Shown here piece by piece: positions 30,188 through 35,342 of a stretch of DNA of 35,342 bases. Below the pieces are notes generated by a model. That model did no database searches and had not been told where the DNA came from. It saw nothing but the letters and a program-made list of their open reading frames with translations. A program made the translations under genes and the position numbers. The DNA is from Craspedostauros australis. Its lineage: Eukaryota. The stretch's first letter is position 1. Each line of letters begins with the position of its first letter. The DNA lies in assembly GCA_030167865.1 (NCBI GenBank), contig JALAGF010000713.1, positions 1 through 35,342 of the forward strand. Reading direction: 5' to 3'.

Positions 30188-32993
30188 ATGGCATCATCGA
30201 AAGGCAGTGAGAATCGGTGGAGCAAGGCGCGCTATCATCGAATCCTCTGCGTCTGGCTTCTCTTCGTTCGTGCCGATGCTGCATTCACACAACAACAGCA
30301 GCATGTCCGAAGTCTGACGATATCGCAAGCGCGAGCTTGCGCATCAGGATCAGAATCAACAGTAGCGATGCTGCTTTCGAGTCCGCAGTTGCGGCAACAA
30401 AGGAGGCGGTCGCGTTCATCGAGCTTGTACATGTCGTCATCATCATCGTCGTCTTCTGGTTCTGCGTCGTCGTCGTCGTCAAGATCCACACCACAATCGA
30501 CCAGACAAACAACCGACACATCGTCATCCACACGCCCACCATCACGATCAAAACCAAAAACGAGGACGAGACCGAACGGTGCATCCGCAAGACGCAAGAC
30601 GACGACGTCCAACAAATCGCTGCGCGAAATCGAACAACAGATCGTGTCGTTGGGTCGTTCGGGCCGCACGGACGAGGCGCTGGACATATATCACCATCAC
30701 ATATCGTCCGCACGCGTCCACTCCATTCGAATATTGAACGGGGCGATCGACGCGTGCGCCAGAGCACGTCCCACGCGGTTGGCGCAGGCGTTTGAAATAT
30801 TCGAGGCGTCGGACTTGGAACCTAACGTCTTCACGTTCGGGAGCCTCATGAGTGCTTGCTCTCGGGCGGGGCGTGCCGACAAGGCGTTGCTGTTGTTGAA
30901 GAACATGAAGGTGCGTTGATCTTTGGTTGTCAGTGATGCAAAGCACCCCGCTCTACGCGGTGTGCTTTCTTTGTCGACACTTATGGCGCAAAGCGAAGCG
31001 CGGTCTCTGTTGTAGAACACGCAGCACGTAAACGAATGAATGGAAGAATGGAAGAATGATTGGATTCATGCGTACTGCGCACTCTTTCTCCTATCAATCA
31101 AGGTAGTGCTTGAGTGTACAGCTGGCGTACGCATTTACACCAACTCTCTCACCATTTACAATCACATGTGCAAAATGCAACCGTTGATCGTCCTTCCCTT
31201 GTTCTTGAATTCATTAACCCTCTCCTCTCTTCTCGTGCTCCACGATCGTTTCACAGCCAAAATACAACGTCGCACCAAATGCTGTCGTTTATTCAGCCGC
31301 TATCTCGGCATGCGCCAGATCTAAACCAGCCAGATCAGACACGGCGTTGCAGCTGCTGCGCGAAGTCATCGAGGACAAGGGCCTCCGAATGAGCGTGGTT
31401 GGTTTCAACGCGGCCGTTTCGGCATGCGCACAGGCCGGTGATTGGAAGAACGCCATCTCCATCCTCGCTCGCATGGAAGATGCGGCGCCCAAAAATCAAA
31501 CGAGGTTGGAGTCGCTCGTGCCAGCGCCAGACGTCGTCACGTACGGCACGGTGTTGGCGGCGTGCGAGCGTACCGAGCAGTGGGGCAAGGTGCTGACGTA
31601 TTCGGAACATATGAAGGACCGCGGCATACCGTTGGACGGGCTGGCCATCTCATCGTGCCTGCATGCCTGCCAGCAGCTGGGCCTCGCGCAGCAGGCCATG
31701 GAGTACTTGCAGGCCATGAAATCCGTGACGACGACCGAACGCAAGACGTCGGGATGGATGAGGTCCGGTGCTCGCAAGCCGCTGATAGGCCCCGATGAAG
31801 TGGCGTACCGGTTGGCCATCTCAGCATGCGCACGCGGCGGCGAGTGGGAGGACGGCGTTCGATTGCTGTTCGAATTGGAGGACATGACGGGGGCGCCCGG
31901 AGACGTCGTGGCCTACACGGCCGCCATCACTGGCTGCGAATACGCTGGTCGGTGGAAGCAGGCATTTCTGCTGATGGACCGCATGCGCAAGAAGGGCGTG
32001 GAACCGAACGAATGGACCATGGCGGCTGTGATCGGTGCATGCGCCACTGCCTGCGCCAAGGAGAACAAGCCAGAGTTCATGTTGGCGCCGCAGCAGAAGG
32101 CATTCCGGTTGCTGAACGTTCTGAAGAAGGACCCCAGCGTCGTGAATCCCAACATCCAGGTGTACAACGCAGCCATTCGGGTCTGTGCCGAGGCTTGCGA
32201 TCTGGAGGGCGCGATGGAGCTGTACGACGAAGTGAGCGAAAGCGAGTTGCAGCCGACGACATTCACATATGGGTCTCTCATGACAGCCTGCGAGAGGGTC
32301 GGTGACATCGAGGCAGCCAGCAAGGTGTTCCGGCTGCTGCGTGCGGATGGCATCGAACCCAACGAGATCATTTACGGCGCCGCCATCAGCTGCTGTCGCA
32401 AGGCCGACGAATCGGAACGTGCCCTTCGACTGCTGAAGCGGATGATCAACGAGAAGCTGTCGCCCAACGTAGCGACCTTCAACACCGTGGTGATGGCGCA
32501 GACGGACAGCAAGAAGGCGGCCAACTTGCAGCGTGCCATCCTCGTGTACAAGCTCATGAAATCCGAGTTCGTTGCGGAGAATGCCAGGCCGAATCGGCAG
32601 ACGTACAACTTGCTCATCCGCGCATTTATCGCATGCAAGCAACCGGCCATGGCGGAGACCTTCATGCGCAAGATGCGCGAAGACAACATGAAACCCGACG
32701 TCGACATGTACACGGCCACCGTCACCGCGTACGAACGAGTCGGTCAACCTCTGAAGGCCCTGCAGCTGATGGAGAGCATGCAGCAGGAAGGGTACGAGTA
32801 CTACGGCGTCAAGGTGCTGAACACAGCATTCAAGAATGCGGTCAAGCTCGCCAACGTGGTCGGACGCGGACTTTCCTCGTCCGAGGATGATTCGACGACC
32901 ATGGCTTCGCAGTTGGACGAGTACGAAGATGATGAACCAGACGGTGACTACTTTGCTGGCGAGGATACGTTCATGGGCAGCAACAAAATGTAA
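30188..32993 (+). CDS. P-class pentatricopeptide repeat (PPR) protein, plastid-targeted, ~819 aa; exons 30188-30910 and 31257-32993
   Basis: About 16 PPR motifs (e.g. PNVFTFGSLMSACSRAG, PDVVTYGTVLAACERT, PNIQVYNAAIRVCAEA, PDVDMYTATVTAYERVG). Phase-0 intron 30911-31256 (AAG|GTGCGT ... TCACAG|CCA) restores KNMK|PKYNVAPNAVVYSAAISAC. Signal peptide ends ADAA|F, followed by a Ser/Arg-rich transit peptide. Confidence 0.93.
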
Positions 32994-33445
32994 ACGAGTG
33001 AGAAGGCCCGGTCTCTGTATAGTAGGGTACAACAAAATATACAACATCATAGGCAGCAAGGTTTCACATAGAGTGGAGATACATGTTGATTCTGTCCCAA
33101 TGGTTTGTTTCGATTTTGTGCTGTTGGCGGATCTCGGCTTCAGATCTGCCATTTCTGGACGACTCTCTCTGCCTGTCGCGAAAGATACGGCAACTCACAC
33201 GAAGAGAAAGATCGTGGTTGGCCTACAAAAAGCTGTCGATGATGTGTTCCGCAGAGAACGACACAAGACACAACCACAATACAACACAAAGCGACGGAAA
33301 CGGAACAGAGCAACCCACCTCACCTTCGGTGTCCCAGCAGCCCCTGTTGCTGCCCTTCTAATCTCGTACTTCATCTCCATCTTCACACGCGCATTCACGC
33401 GCGCATGCACACACGCACATGCACATGTGAAGGGAACTCGTCGAG

Positions 33446-34033
33446 ATGAAAGACAACATACCAACACGAGTCGTGGTGCGGTGCCCACGTCCGCCACGAT
33501 CTCCGATTCTCGTTTTCATCGCCACCTGGATCATCGTCGCCTCCATCGTCGTTGGCTTGCTAACATTCGATCCCACCAGCGTACACAAGGCGGCATGGGT
33601 GGTCGCTGGGTTGATCATCATGCTGGTCATCCTGGAAGGCACGATGCATGCTTCCAAACTCAAATCAGGCATAATCATCGCGCACGAGGATCGGATCGTG
33701 CGATTCATTGACGGCATTGGGCTGCAGCTGGAGTCGCGGCTGAATGGTAAACTCGTGGGAACGCCGATGCTTATTCCATTGGAGTGTATTCAAGGCATCT
33801 ACGTCCACGAGCATATCGAAGTGACACGGGTCACGAGTCACGTCATGATCCTGTGCAACGACAGTGGAGTAGCAGAGTCATCGCCGACAATCGCGAGAGA
33901 CCAAATCGGAGCGACGCATCTTGCAAAGGCCAACATGAAACTCGTCCCTGCCTTTCGTGGGTGTGCGTTGCCGTACAGAGAGTGCTGCATGTTGAAGGAA
34001 GAAGTCGCGGAGTTGCTCAGGCGACATCGATGA
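33446..34033 (+). CDS. PIGH: PIG-H-like subunit of the GPI-GlcNAc transferase complex, 195 aa (a short upstream exon cannot be excluded)
   Basis: Two N-terminal transmembrane helices, then EDRIVRFIDGIGLQLESR..MLIPLECIQGIYVHEHI..SHVMILC..LVPAF. This matches the PIG-H pattern E.SL.II..LGIQL.T...FIP...I..V.INE.....YL.I...L..VF. Confidence 0.7.
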   Translation: MKDNIPTRVVVRCPRPPRSPILVFIATWIIVASIVVGLLTFDPTSVHKAAWVVAGLIIMLVILEGTMHASKLKSGIIIAHEDRIVRFIDGIGLQLESRLNGKLVGTPMLIPLECIQGIYVHEHIEVTRVTSHVMILCNDSGVAESSPTIARDQIGATHLAKANMKLVPAFRGCALPYRECCMLKEEVAELLRRHR

Positions 34034-34629
34034 GGATTGCAATCCTGCGGTACATGTATTCACACAGCACCAACGTCAAAGACAAAACGAAGCTGGTTGC
34101 ATCGTGCAACAGTTGTACTAATAAGACTGCGTGTGAGTGAATCGGTGTTGTTTGCTAAGAATTATGAGAACGTGTCGATGAGCTTGGGGTGTCCGAAACT
34201 TGCCGCTGAGCTGTGGCTTGCTCGAGAGTCTTCTGTGTTCGGCTCGCATCTTCTGGGATCGTGAGTCCGACCGGTGAGTCACTAGCGGGAGTGGAAATAG
34301 CAAGTTGAATCGACAGATTGCTCGAGGAGGGCCCCGAAAAGCGCGTTTTGGCATGCGTCCCTGTCCAACCAAAGCACTTGTAGGTACATCCCAACGCATT
34401 GTGGCCAGAGGCCGCGAATGTTTGGTTCTATTCGCTGTCAATCCAAAGGTTTTGTCGGAGATGGCATGCGATAGCAAATCACGTAGGCATAACGCTCACA
34501 ATCCATCGCACTGCCTCAAGGCATAGCCCCTTGCGGCTCTCCAAGGCTCATCAGCAACAAATCAGACGGCACCAAGCTTCGCCAAAACGACTCAGCATGT
34601 TCGGCTCTGGGGAATGTGAGCTGTGTTGA

Positions 34630-35150
34630 CAGCACTCTTACGATGAGAATGGACGCAGCAACCCAGAGCAAAGTATCCATGTCACATGCCTGGACTGAGA
34701 ACTTTCGTGAGAGTTGCACATTGAACACCCAGCTGGTGTCGTTTGTTTGAGAGAGATGACCTTCTTCCTCCATGATTCTGCTGGTGCGGGATGAAGTCAA
34801 ATCGTTTCCTTCTCTCAATTTGATTCTCATCAAACCATGTGCCACCTGCTTCTATCTACAGTCCCAACTGTGCAAGGTAGTTGGATTTTCATGTAAGAGC
34901 CCCCCGAGTGAGTCGACCTGCACTTTGTCCTGGGACTCAACACCTTTTTTCTCGGATATCCAAACAAACCACATAATCGTAATCTCCATATTCTAAAACC
35001 AAATACTGATTCAAATCAATTTCCGGTTAGACCTTATTTTAAGTTTTATGAGCCCATCAAGGTATTTTTGAGTCGTATGAGTCGAACAACATGAAACTGC
35101 TGCTTGTTTCTCAGAAGGTTCTTTGATGTTCTGGGGTATTTATCGTATGG
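34630..35150. mobile_element. AT-rich, CpG-poor segment; possible old transposon remnant
   Basis: Composition departs from the flanks (roughly 13 CG dinucleotides in ~470 bp by eye count). No intact ORF or recognisable domain. Confidence 0.25.
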
Positions 35151-35244
35151 TACTCAGTCATGAATACGACGTCGAAGATGTCGTTCGGTTGGTACGCGTT
35201 AAATACACGTTAGTATGTGGCACATGATCTCACATTTTGCTCGT

Positions 35245-35304
35245 CACAAAACACATCACACAAAACACATCACACAAAACACATCACACAAAACACATCA
35301 CACA
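35245..35304. repeat. Four perfect 14-bp tandem repeats CACAAAACACATCA plus a partial unit
   Basis: Units start at 35245, 35259, 35273 and 35287. The C/A-rich context resembles the leaders upstream of other genes here. Confidence 0.9.
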
Positions 35305-35342
35305 TCCAACATCATCGACACCCCCTCACAATTCACACATCA

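Noticed and set aside
31821-33152. 443-aa minus-strand ORF
   Set aside because: Antisense shadow of the PPR coding exon; no independent coding signal.
35245-35304. Tandem repeats as a CRISPR array or telomere
   Set aside because: The units are contiguous with no spacers, there are no cas genes, the context is eukaryotic, and the unit is not TTAGGG-like.

Overview
Eukaryotic nuclear DNA, very probably from a diatom. The evidence is bipartite ASAF-type plastid presequences, DUF6824 proteins and GT-AG introns; the species cannot be identified from the sequence. Nine protein-coding genes are supported: an MFS transporter (-), a 4-exon plastid TypA/BipA GTPase (-), a 2-exon ~2049-aa acidic repeat protein (-), two DUF6824 paralogues (-; one intronless, one with at least 5 exons including a 14-nt micro-exon), a small membrane protein (+), an F-box/FIST (FBXO22-like) protein (-), a 2-exon plastid PPR protein (+) and a PIG-H-like protein (+). 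There are also probable degenerate transposon remnants and short tandem repeats. No prokaryotic system (CRISPR, operon, IS) and no rRNA or tRNA genes are seen. The most unusual object is the giant protein at 7250-13635: a signal peptide plus LRGG, three further xRGG sites, a cluster of FFAT-like motifs, two kinds of internal repeat and strong charge segregation. All splice models were worked out by hand and restore reading frames, but none has transcript support.
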